Shown: positions 6,074-14,605 of the stretch, in pieces
Position numbering within the stretch: position 1 is the first letter of the stretch
Layout: each line of letters begins with the position of its first letter
Source: Chlamydiota bacterium
Lineage (GTDB): Bacteria > Chlamydiota > Chlamydiia > Chlamydiales > SM23-39
NCBI GenBank assembly: GCA_050049995.1
Contig: JASFVE010000038.1
Span: 1-18,385, forward strand
Length of the DNA: 18,385 nucleotides
Reading direction: 5' to 3'
Notes under the pieces: generated by a model
The model's input: the letters and a program-made list of their open reading frames with translations, nothing else
Told to the model about the DNA's origin: nothing
Databases searched by the model: none
Position numbers and translations under genes: made by a program

Positions 6074-8734
6074 ATGCGTTTTTTTTCAAAGTCCTTTGTT
6101 GCTCTTGCATTTTTGACATCATCTATTTTTTCTGATTATTATTTAGAGCCCACAACCGAACAAGAAGCTTTTTTTATTAGAAGAATAATCGAGTATTATG
6201 AAGAAAATGATTTTCAACTTTTCCAAAAGGAAATTGAAAATTTTTTAACAGCTCACCCTAAAAGTGCATTGAAAGATGATCTTTTAGCACTTTTAGCAGA
6301 TCATTTCATGAAAGAAGATAAGCTAGACCAAGCTCTGGAAAATTACAGAAAAATTAATTCCTTTGAAGTAAGGCAAAAAGTAATTTTAAATTACCTTCAA
6401 GCTCTATACCAAGCACAAAGCTATGAAGAGTTATTACAAGTAGCAGAACCTCATCTAGACGCTTTTTCATCTAATAATCCACAAAACCACTATCATTTGC
6501 ATTTTCTATATGCTGAAAGCATGTATAGACTAGCCATTGACCCTAGTAAAAACAAGGAGCTACGAATAGAAAATGCTCAAAAGGCAATTAACTTATTAGA
6601 AAAACTTACAAGTCCCCATAAATCTCTTGAAGCCTCTTATTCTTTAGCACATTTATACTATATAACCAAACAATTTTCTAAGAGCTCCAGTTTGTATCTG
6701 GAATTGGCTGAAAAAGATCCAACAGAGAAGGAAAAAAATCTTTTCAAAGCGGCTACTATTCAAATGCATTTCGACAAGCCATTGGCGGCTCAAACATTTA
6801 TGCAAATTTGCCATATTGGGAAAGAACATGCAGAAGATGCTGCTTATAATAGAATGATTCTTCTATTTGACTTAGATAAGTTTTCAGAATTAATTTTAGC
6901 TAAAGATCAGCTTCTGAGAACATTATCTAAAGAAAAAAAGCCCCTTTTGCATTTTTTATTGGGTCAATCACACTTTCAAAGAAAAGATTTAAAAAGGTCC
7001 ATATCTGAACTTAAAACTTTTTTAGCTGATGCATCCAATTTTTCTGAACAAAAACAAATTGCTTTATTTACTTTAGCTGAAATTGCAAATATGCAGGAAG
7101 ACTTAACGCTTTTTGATGAAGTCATTTCTCAGTTTCCTAAGGAAAATCAAGACGAAAAGATGTGCCAGGCGATGTTTGCGCATGGAGTTTTATGTAAAAA
7201 GAAAAAGCTATACAGAGAAGCCAAAGAAGATTTTTCTCGGCTGTTACAAGCTTCCTTTAATGAAGAGCATGTATTATTTGAATACGCACACCTTCTATTC
7301 GAATTAGAAAACTTTCAGGAAAGTCGTGAACATTTTTTAAAACTCGTCCAGCAATTTCCGAAAACTTCTGAGTTAGCAAGTTCTCTTAACTACTTTGTTC
7401 AGTCTTCACTAAATCTTGCAGATAAGTCCCCAACGAAAGAACAACAAAAGCGTTTGATTGAAGACATAAGGCTGGCATTAGACCAAAAAAAACATTTATC
7501 TACTGAAGAAAAATCCGCTTTTACCTATTTGTTAGCTAAGACATATTATCAGCTAAATTCGTTCAAAGAATCCAAAAAATTATGTAAAGAATTGTTAAAC
7601 GAAAAGCTATCCTCTGAACTTCTTAGAGAATGCCATCTTCTTTTAAGCAATATATATATAAATGGATTCAAAGATCACGAAAGTTTTCGTAAACATGCTG
7701 AAAAAGCATTAGAAAGTGATCCATCTTTTGAAAATAATGGAAAAGTTCGCCTTGCTCTTTTCAATAGTTATTTACACCACACTAAAAATGGATTCAATAA
7801 AGAAAAGGCTGCCCATCATTTATTTTCAGCAATAAACGCTAAAGAAAACATAAAAAAAGAAAACCTTTTCTGGCTTGCTGATTTTTTCTGGAAAGAGAAA
7901 AAAGACATGCAAAAAGCTATTCAAATATTGGAAACAGCCCTCCCTTTAGAGACTTTAAAAGAAACGGCTTTTCCTTATGAAGAGGAAATTATAAAATTGG
8001 CAAGGCTGTATAATGCTATTTCCCAGCAAGATAAGTGCCTTGCTACTCTAGAGCAATTAGAAGTACAGTATCTTCAATATCCAGATAAAAATTGGAAATA
8101 TCCAAAACAAGTTAGGTATGAGCTTGCAAAACAACATGAAAGAAAAGAAAACTTTGAAAAAGCTGTTATCTATTATGATGAAGTAGTCAAAAACTCTTTT
8201 TCATTTCAAGAAAAGCACATAGCAAAGTCGGCATTACAAGCTGCAAGAATACGATTAAATTCCCTATCAAAAGACGATTTTACAGTAGATAACCCAATCA
8301 TTGAAAAGATCTTGCATCAGCTAAAAAACTTGACTATTCAAAGGTCTTTAATAAATGAACCTGTCCATTTTGAAGCCGCTTTTGAATATGTAGACTTAAG
8401 ATCCAGGCTTGAAGACCCAAGCAATTTTGCACAAAAAAAGTTAAGCTTGCTCGAAAAAATGAAGGAAAAGTTTTCTTCTAAGAATTCTATTATTGACAAA
8501 GAATACCACATGGCAAGAAAAGGAAATTCAGATAAACAAGCCATATACTCTACTTATATGAGACTTTTGGATAGTGAAATTCTTGCGACCCAGGCTCTTG
8601 TTGAACAAGATAATAAAGAACTTAAAGACAAAGCCCAAATAGCTTTTAAGGAATTGCAAAGCAAATCATCTTTAAACCCTTTTGTTCAAAAAAGGATAGA
8701 GAAGAACATTAAAAACCTTACCCTTAAGCAGTAG
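6074..8734 (+). CDS. Large exported TPR/alpha-solenoid protein (886 aa)
   Basis: Sec-type signal (MRFFSKSFVALAFLTSSIFS) and many TPR-like helical pairs (FLTAHPKSALKDDLLALLAD, HFLYAESMY, ASYSLAHLYY, HFLLGQSHF, LFEYAHLLF...LVQQFPKTS, YLLAKTYYQL, RYELAKQHE). Confidence 0.8.
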   Translation: MRFFSKSFVALAFLTSSIFSDYYLEPTTEQEAFFIRRIIEYYEENDFQLFQKEIENFLTAHPKSALKDDLLALLADHFMKEDKLDQALENYRKINSFEVRQKVILNYLQALYQAQSYEELLQVAEPHLDAFSSNNPQNHYHLHFLYAESMYRLAIDPSKNKELRIENAQKAINLLEKLTSPHKSLEASYSLAHLYYITKQFSKSSSLYLELAEKDPTEKEKNLFKAATIQMHFDKPLAAQTFMQICHIGKEHAEDAAYNRMILLFDLDKFSELILAKDQLLRTLSKEKKPLLHFLLGQSHFQRKDLKRSISELKTFLADASNFSEQKQIALFTLAEIANMQEDLTLFDEVISQFPKENQDEKMCQAMFAHGVLCKKKKLYREAKEDFSRLLQASFNEEHVLFEYAHLLFELENFQESREHFLKLVQQFPKTSELASSLNYFVQSSLNLADKSPTKEQQKRLIEDIRLALDQKKHLSTEEKSAFTYLLAKTYYQLNSFKESKKLCKELLNEKLSSELLRECHLLLSNIYINGFKDHESFRKHAEKALESDPSFENNGKVRLALFNSYLHHTKNGFNKEKAAHHLFSAINAKENIKKENLFWLADFFWKEKKDMQKAIQILETALPLETLKETAFPYEEEIIKLARLYNAISQQDKCLATLEQLEVQYLQYPDKNWKYPKQVRYELAKQHERKENFEKAVIYYDEVVKNSFSFQEKHIAKSALQAARIRLNSLSKDDFTVDNPIIEKILHQLKNLTIQRSLINEPVHFEAAFEYVDLRSRLEDPSNFAQKKLSLLEKMKEKFSSKNSIIDKEYHMARKGNSDKQAIYSTYMRLLDSEILATQALVEQDNKELKDKAQIAFKELQSKSSLNPFVQKRIEKNIKNLTLKQ

Positions 8735-8739
8735 AAGCG

Positions 8740-10467
8740 ATGCAATCTGAAAAAAAACAATTTAATTACCTTTTGATCTGCCTGTTCGTTTCTTTATTTT
8801 TACATTTAGGTGGGATCTACCTCATACAAAAATATTCTTTATGGTTTTATTCCCCTATTAAGGAGTCTCTAGTTTCAGAAGAAAAGCCGTCACTTTCTAA
8901 ACTAGAAAAAACTAAGATCTTAAAACAGGTTGTAGATGTTATTACAAAAGAGAAAAAAGAAATAGCCCACACACCTTTATTAGAAGATTCAACTGATTTT
9001 TCAACAGCACCAGACTTAAGCACGCCATTAAAGAATAAAGAGCACCCTATGGCTCATCCTTCTTTCGATCCTATTAAATGGACTGAAGAGCGCTCTTTTG
9101 CTAGGGCTCCTAGGACTGAAAACCCTTTAAGTGATAACAAAAAGGAAATTATCGATAGGTTGCTTAGCTCAGTTCAGTCGACTGGCTTTAAAAAAGTCGA
9201 AAAAACTGGAAGCCATAGTTTTCAATGCAAAAATGAAGAATTAAGCTCCTACCAAGCTAAAAATCCATTCTTTCCAAAACTAGATTCTTCTCAAAGAAAA
9301 AAAATAGAAAAAGTATTTAATGAACAAAAGCAACAACAACCTCTTGTTTTTGCACATTCATCTATAGTTCCTCCTTCTATAAAAAAGCTTCAAATTGTGT
9401 CTCCAAAGCTACCTTCTTTAGATCAACTAAATACTTATACCTATGAAGATGACTTTGAAGTGGATGTCGTAGCAACACCCGTTGAAGGGGGGCAATATAT
9501 TTTTGCAATTACTTTAATTCCTAAAGCAGACATTGATCTTCCGAGAATTAGACAAAACTTTTTCTTTTTAATTGATAGATCTAATTCCATTCAGAAACGA
9601 AGACTTAAAGTTACAAGAGATGCTGTTTATCATGGAGTTTCCTCCATAGATAGTGAAGATATGTTTAACATTATAGCTTTTGACAGCAAAGTAGATAAGC
9701 TTTTTCCAAGCATGAAAACAGTATCAAAAGAAGCCAAGCAGCAAGCTAAGCGCTTTCTTATAGGACAAAAGCTTGCCAGCTTTTTTGCATCACCTAATAT
9801 TTACAACTGTCTCTACACCGTTTCCAACTTAATGCAGGAAGATGGCGCTATTAATAACATTATCTTGCTTTCTAACGGACAAGGACTTTCTCACGAGTCT
9901 TTGGAGCACTACTTTATGGGGCAATGGACTCATACAAATTATGGAAAAGCTTCACTTTTCTCCATTGCAATGAATGATGACTTGCATGTAACTGATTTAG
10001 AGCTCATGAGTATTATAAATAGAGGATGGCTGATGAACTCTTCTACAAGAGGAGGAATTAATCGCAAGCTGATAAAGCTTTTAAAGGCTATTAACAAACC
10101 CATTTTGCAAGACATGACCTCTACTGCGACTTCTTTCTCCATAGAAAACTCTCTTACCCTTTTTACCCCATTTAAGCAGCTACCAAACCTCTATGCTAAT
10201 CAACCTTACGTGATTTTAGGAAAATGTGATCAGCTAGAAGATTTTGTTTTAACTTTACAAGGCAAAAACCATGGCAAGTGGATAAACATCAAGAAAAGAA
10301 TTGATTTATCTAGTGCTAAGCAAGGAGATGAGGCGTTGGAAGAACAGTGGGCTTTGCATGAAGCATGGGATCGTTACCGAAACTATCTAAAAACGGCAGA
10401 CTCTACTTATTTAGAGCAGGCTAGAATGATTTTAGAGCCTTACAATATTGAGCCAGCATTTAAATGA
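8740..10467 (+). CDS. Membrane-anchored von Willebrand factor A (vWA) domain protein
   Basis: N-terminal TM (aa ~11-29) and a polar linker. The vWA domain has FFLIDRSNSI, DMFNIIAFDS and IILLSNG, followed by an ITIH/VIT-vWA-like tail LPNLYANQPYVILG. Confidence 0.82.
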   Translation: MQSEKKQFNYLLICLFVSLFLHLGGIYLIQKYSLWFYSPIKESLVSEEKPSLSKLEKTKILKQVVDVITKEKKEIAHTPLLEDSTDFSTAPDLSTPLKNKEHPMAHPSFDPIKWTEERSFARAPRTENPLSDNKKEIIDRLLSSVQSTGFKKVEKTGSHSFQCKNEELSSYQAKNPFFPKLDSSQRKKIEKVFNEQKQQQPLVFAHSSIVPPSIKKLQIVSPKLPSLDQLNTYTYEDDFEVDVVATPVEGGQYIFAITLIPKADIDLPRIRQNFFFLIDRSNSIQKRRLKVTRDAVYHGVSSIDSEDMFNIIAFDSKVDKLFPSMKTVSKEAKQQAKRFLIGQKLASFFASPNIYNCLYTVSNLMQEDGAINNIILLSNGQGLSHESLEHYFMGQWTHTNYGKASLFSIAMNDDLHVTDLELMSIINRGWLMNSSTRGGINRKLIKLLKAINKPILQDMTSTATSFSIENSLTLFTPFKQLPNLYANQPYVILGKCDQLEDFVLTLQGKNHGKWINIKKRIDLSSAKQGDEALEEQWALHEAWDRYRNYLKTADSTYLEQARMILEPYNIEPAFK

Positions 10468-11018
10468 GTTTAAAAGTTACCGGAGGCATCTACAAAGGAA
10501 GAAAAATAGCATGTCCTAAAAATATTGCTAGGCCAACGCAATCTATTATGAGACAATCCCTTTTCAATTCCATTCAAACCTCTATTTTGGATGCCTTTTT
10601 TCTCGATCTATTTTCAGGAAGTGGCATTATGGGAATAGAGGCCATTAGCAGAGGGGCGAAATATGTAACTTTTGTTGATAAAAGCCCTCTAGCTATTAAA
10701 GTGATAAATAATAATCTATCATATCTACAAATTCAAATTGATCATCAAGTCATCTTAAATGATGCCATTGCGGCAATCAGCCAATTGGATACATCTTATG
10801 ATTTTATTTACTTAGATCCTCCTTACAAAATTGCTGTAGAAATCGCTCCTAAGGTTCTTTACCAATTACAAAAAAGAAATATCTTAAAGGATGATGGAAG
10901 CATTTTTTTAGAAATGAGCTCAGGTGACTACAAGGAATTTGAAATTGAGAATTTAAAGTTAGTTAAGCATAAAAAATTTGGAAGTTCAGTCTTGCAACAA
11001 TACAAGCATAGTTTTTAA
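10464..11018 (+). CDS. rsmD: 16S rRNA (guanine(966)-N2)-methyltransferase RsmD
   Basis: LKVTGGIYKGRKI, RPT...RQSLFN, FLDLFSGSGIMGIEAISRGA, FDFIYLDPPY-type motif (YDFIYLDPPY). Directly upstream of coaD, a common pairing. Confidence 0.93.
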   Translation: MSLKVTGGIYKGRKIACPKNIARPTQSIMRQSLFNSIQTSILDAFFLDLFSGSGIMGIEAISRGAKYVTFVDKSPLAIKVINNNLSYLQIQIDHQVILNDAIAAISQLDTSYDFIYLDPPYKIAVEIAPKVLYQLQKRNILKDDGSIFLEMSSGDYKEFEIENLKLVKHKKFGSSVLQQYKHSF

Positions 11019-11028
11019 AGTTAAAATT

Positions 11029-11505
11029 ATGAAAAAAGCACTGTTAACAGGGAGTTTTGACCCTCCAACTCACGGTCACTTGAGCATTATTAAAAGAGCT
11101 GCTCGTCTTTGCGACAAACTATATGTTGGTATTGCTATCAATCCAGCCAAGATAGAAACATCTTTATTGAGCAATGCTAAAAAAAAGATGCTTTTAGAAA
11201 AGCTCACAAAAGATATTAAAAATATTGAAGTTGTTTTGTTCGAAGGCTTGGTTTCTGACTTTACAAAAACGAACGAAATAGACTTCCTTATACGTGGGTT
11301 GAGAGCCTTTAGCGATTTCGAGTATGAGTTTAGGATGGCTATTGCCAATAAAAAGCTAGCAGATATCGATACTATCTTTTTAATGGCAGACGTTGAACAT
11401 ACTCATATTAACTCTTCTTTAATTAGAGAAATAGCCTATTTCGATGGACCTATTGAAAAGTTTGTGCCTCAAGAAGTGGCTGAGGCACTCAAACAAAATT
11501 CCTAA
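11029..11505 (+). CDS. coaD: Pantetheine-phosphate adenylyltransferase (PPAT)
   Basis: MKKALLTGSFDPPTHGH, LIRGLRAFSDFEYE, INSSLIREIA. Start moved to the ATG at 11029 because the ORF-track TTG start at 10978 overlaps rsmD. Confidence 0.95.
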   Translation: MKKALLTGSFDPPTHGHLSIIKRAARLCDKLYVGIAINPAKIETSLLSNAKKKMLLEKLTKDIKNIEVVLFEGLVSDFTKTNEIDFLIRGLRAFSDFEYEFRMAIANKKLADIDTIFLMADVEHTHINSSLIREIAYFDGPIEKFVPQEVAEALKQNS

Positions 11506-14084
11506 TTTACTTTTTTCCCAGCTTTATAGTGCATAACTGTTTCTTTGCCATTCTGATCATACTTTCTTTTCGCACCATGAAGCTTATCATCTACAAAAGT
11601 TTGCAGTAAGTATGGCTTTCCATCAGGATAATATTTATTGAATTGGCCATGCCTTTTACCATCTTTATATTCCCCTTCAAAAATTAGCAGTTCATTTTCA
11701 TTCCAATATTTGGAAATACCATCCAGGTTGTCCATTTTATAAACATTAATCGATGCCAGCTTTTGATTTTCATAAAAAGTTTTTTCTTCTCCATGCTTAG
11801 CATCATCCATAAAAGGAACCTGTCTAAAGACTTTTCCATTAGGGTAAAACTGCACAGCAAGGCCATCTTTTTTATCATTTTTAAAAGAAAGCTGCATGAA
11901 TAGCTTCCCATCAGGACTGTAAATCGTTGCAGGTCCGTTTTTCATATTCTCTTGATAGTTGGTTTCTGCAATTTTAATCCCTTTCTCATTGTACTCAACA
12001 ACTTTGCCTTCAATTTTATCATTGACATAGTTGGCCTCAATTGCTTTAAACTTTTCCCCTTCTTTGTTCGATGGAAAATAAATAACATGCGGCCCATGTT
12101 TTAAATTGTTTTTAAATGTAAAATGAACTTCTCGTCCATCTTTGCCTTTTTCAAAATATTTTCCGTCCAATCTGCCTAGTTTATAGTTGCCTTCTTCTAA
12201 TAAAGTGCCATTTTGATCATAAAGAGATTTTTTCCCATTAAGTTCTCCGTGCTCATAACCAACTAATGCTTCTACTGCCCCATTCAAATGGAATGTTTTT
12301 TGGTCTCCATGAAGTTTGCTATTATTATCATAATAAAAGACTTGCGCAACTTGTTGTGGCTTATTTTGCTCTTTGGGATAGTACTGAGTATGACGCCCTA
12401 CAGGCTGTCCTTTTTTGAATTCTTGCTCTATCTGCAAGTTCCCATCTGGGTACCAACCCAATAACTTTCCATCAAGAATGTCATCCGTATAATAAGCTAC
12501 TTTTTCTTTTGAGCCATTTTTGTAAAACCACTCTTGCTTACCACATCTTTTGCCGTTGACGAACTGAAAACGATAATGGAGTTTTTCTTTGTTGTACCAC
12601 TTTACTATTGTACCTTGTGGCAGCCCTTTTTCAAATTTTGCTTCATAAATTAAACTTCCATCTTCAGCCCACTCTCTATGCCAACCATCTTTCTGACCTT
12701 TACTAAACTCCACTTTTTGCTGTAAGTTGCCATTGGCATACCAGATGCTCTGCATCCCATGAGGCATATCATCTTTGTATTGTGTCATTAATCGTATATT
12801 GCCGTTATCATACCATTCAGATACGCCACCACTTTTAAGACCATTTTTAAATGGAATTTTTTTAGCTACAGTGCCATTTTCATACCATTCTTCGTGGGTA
12901 CCTTCCAGTTTTCCATTAGAAAAACATGTTTTAAGCTTAATTTGACCGGATGGATAATATTCAATCTGTTTGCCTTCTCTTTCTCCATCTACATATCGAT
13001 AAGAATTTTTTAGCTGTCCATTGCCGTGCCATTCAAAAAAAGAGCCATTTAGTTTTCCATTTTTTTGGAAAAACTCTCTTAACTTAGTTCCATTTTCACT
13101 ATATTCAATAATTGGCTCTAGTAGCTCTCCTTCTGAAGAATACTTAGCTACATAATTGGGTTGGCCATTAGGAAAGTTTTTCCAATGATTTCCCATAGGT
13201 TTGCCAAAATTATATTGGCCGCTACCAAGCACTGTCCCATTTTCATCATAAAAAGTCTCTTGGCCATGTTTGTTCCCTCCAACATAAGAACACCTGTACA
13301 TTTCCTTTCCATTGGGATAATAACGCAGATGCGTGCCAATTGGCTTTCCATCTTCAAAATCTAATGCCTCAAGAATAGATTTTTCCTCATCATAAATTAC
13401 CAAGGCTGGATTTTTCCCATCACCTTGGAGCTTTCCATTCACGTATCTCCTTTGAGACTTTAATGCTTTTGAGTCAAACCACTCCAAAATTTTCCCGTCA
13501 ACAATCCCATTCTTATACGGGATAAGCAGAGCTTTAACCCCATTTGCATGATAATGAATATAATCACCATCAAGTTGACCATTTATATAACGCCCTTCTT
13601 CTTTCAGCTCACCCGTGTCATAAAAAGTCTTTGTACTCCCCTCTCTTATCCCTGCCTTATATTGAGTTAATGATTTAATTTTTCCATCGGGGAATAAGAA
13701 TTTTTCCTCTCCATCCTGTAAGCCTTCTTTGTAACTTATAATTTTTGTAACATTTCCTTTGCGATCAAACTCAACTTTAGTTCCATGAGGGACATTGACA
13801 GTACCATAAGTCTTGGCAATAGGAGAATCTTTGCCTACAACAGTTAGATCCATCTCTGCTTCTATTTTTCCATTCTCATATAAATGAATTTCTTTAGCCG
13901 CTCTTTCTTTATTCCTATCTAAAGGCTCAAAAAAGATAATAACTTTGCTGCCTCCATTAGGATAGGTTTGAACCACTTCTGATCGCCAATTTGGCTCTCT
14001 TTGCTTTAAAACTTGAAAAGGTTTTGGCTCTGCTAGTGCAGTTAAAGTAAGTATGGGAATAAGAAGGAAAAATATTTTTTTCAT
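11502..14084 (-). CDS. Exported MORN_2/YwqK-family beta-hairpin repeat protein (860 aa)
   Basis: Signal peptide MKKIFFLLIPILTLTALA|EP, then roughly 30 tandem ~24-aa units of the form G....(W/Y)Y.NG......(Y/F)K.G...G, e.g. EGTHEEWYENGTVAKKIPFKNGLK and HGMQSIWYANGNLQQKVEFSKGQK. Confidence 0.88.
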   Translation of the reverse strand: MKKIFFLLIPILTLTALAEPKPFQVLKQREPNWRSEVVQTYPNGGSKVIIFFEPLDRNKERAAKEIHLYENGKIEAEMDLTVVGKDSPIAKTYGTVNVPHGTKVEFDRKGNVTKIISYKEGLQDGEEKFLFPDGKIKSLTQYKAGIREGSTKTFYDTGELKEEGRYINGQLDGDYIHYHANGVKALLIPYKNGIVDGKILEWFDSKALKSQRRYVNGKLQGDGKNPALVIYDEEKSILEALDFEDGKPIGTHLRYYPNGKEMYRCSYVGGNKHGQETFYDENGTVLGSGQYNFGKPMGNHWKNFPNGQPNYVAKYSSEGELLEPIIEYSENGTKLREFFQKNGKLNGSFFEWHGNGQLKNSYRYVDGEREGKQIEYYPSGQIKLKTCFSNGKLEGTHEEWYENGTVAKKIPFKNGLKSGGVSEWYDNGNIRLMTQYKDDMPHGMQSIWYANGNLQQKVEFSKGQKDGWHREWAEDGSLIYEAKFEKGLPQGTIVKWYNKEKLHYRFQFVNGKRCGKQEWFYKNGSKEKVAYYTDDILDGKLLGWYPDGNLQIEQEFKKGQPVGRHTQYYPKEQNKPQQVAQVFYYDNNSKLHGDQKTFHLNGAVEALVGYEHGELNGKKSLYDQNGTLLEEGNYKLGRLDGKYFEKGKDGREVHFTFKNNLKHGPHVIYFPSNKEGEKFKAIEANYVNDKIEGKVVEYNEKGIKIAETNYQENMKNGPATIYSPDGKLFMQLSFKNDKKDGLAVQFYPNGKVFRQVPFMDDAKHGEEKTFYENQKLASINVYKMDNLDGISKYWNENELLIFEGEYKDGKRHGQFNKYYPDGKPYLLQTFVDDKLHGAKRKYDQNGKETVMHYKAGKKVN

Positions 14085-14185
14085 AGTCGTGATTTTTTAT
14101 AGTTATTTCATCTTGCAAGATTAGAAAATATTAGGGTTTTCCATCAATATGGAATAAACAAATCAGGACAAAAAAGTTTATTAAG

Positions 14186-14605
14186 CTAATTAATTATTAT
14201 TTCTTTTTTATAAGACTTATTTCTTGAAACAATAGAAATTAGACACTTAGGTTCAATTATACTATTTGGATAAACATCCAAAAATATTTTCAATGAATTT
14301 GTTTCATTCTGGAAAAGTTCTGCATTTCGAATTAAATTTTTCCCAGTAGGTAAGAGAGAGCGACCTTCAACTGTGTAGTAAATGTTTTTTTTGACTTGAG
14401 AAATTGACAATTGCAGGTCTTCGTTTCTAATTCTGGCTATCTTCTGACAAAGATTGATGGATTTCTCAAATCGCTCTACTTCTGAAAAAAACCGATCACG
14501 CTGCAACTTTTTATAGACCCAATAAGTAGAAACAGAGCCAATAGTTAGCAAAATAGAAAAACAAATAAGAATTTCCAATAAGGTAAAAGGTTTTTTAGAA
14601 TTCAA
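14186..14605 (-). CDS. Type II secretion minor pseudopilin-like protein (GspH-like position)
   Basis: Prepilin-type N-terminus MNSKKP|FTLLEILICFSILLTIG with E+5. Overlaps the end of gspG by 11 nt. Confidence 0.72.
   Translation of the reverse strand: MNSKKPFTLLEILICFSILLTIGSVSTYWVYKKLQRDRFFSEVERFEKSINLCQKIARIRNEDLQLSISQVKKNIYYTVEGRSLLPTGKNLIRNAELFQNETNSLKIFLDVYPNSIIEPKCLISIVSRNKSYKKEIIIN

Noticed and set aside
10978..11028. ORF-track N-terminal extension of coaD
   Set aside because: It overlaps rsmD, and CoaD homology begins at MKKALL (11029).
11502..14084. YwqJK-type toxin-antitoxin or Rhs/YD polymorphic toxin locus
   Set aside because: There is no toxin gene or toxin domain nearby, no Rhs core signature (PxxxxDPxG), and the protein has a Sec signal.
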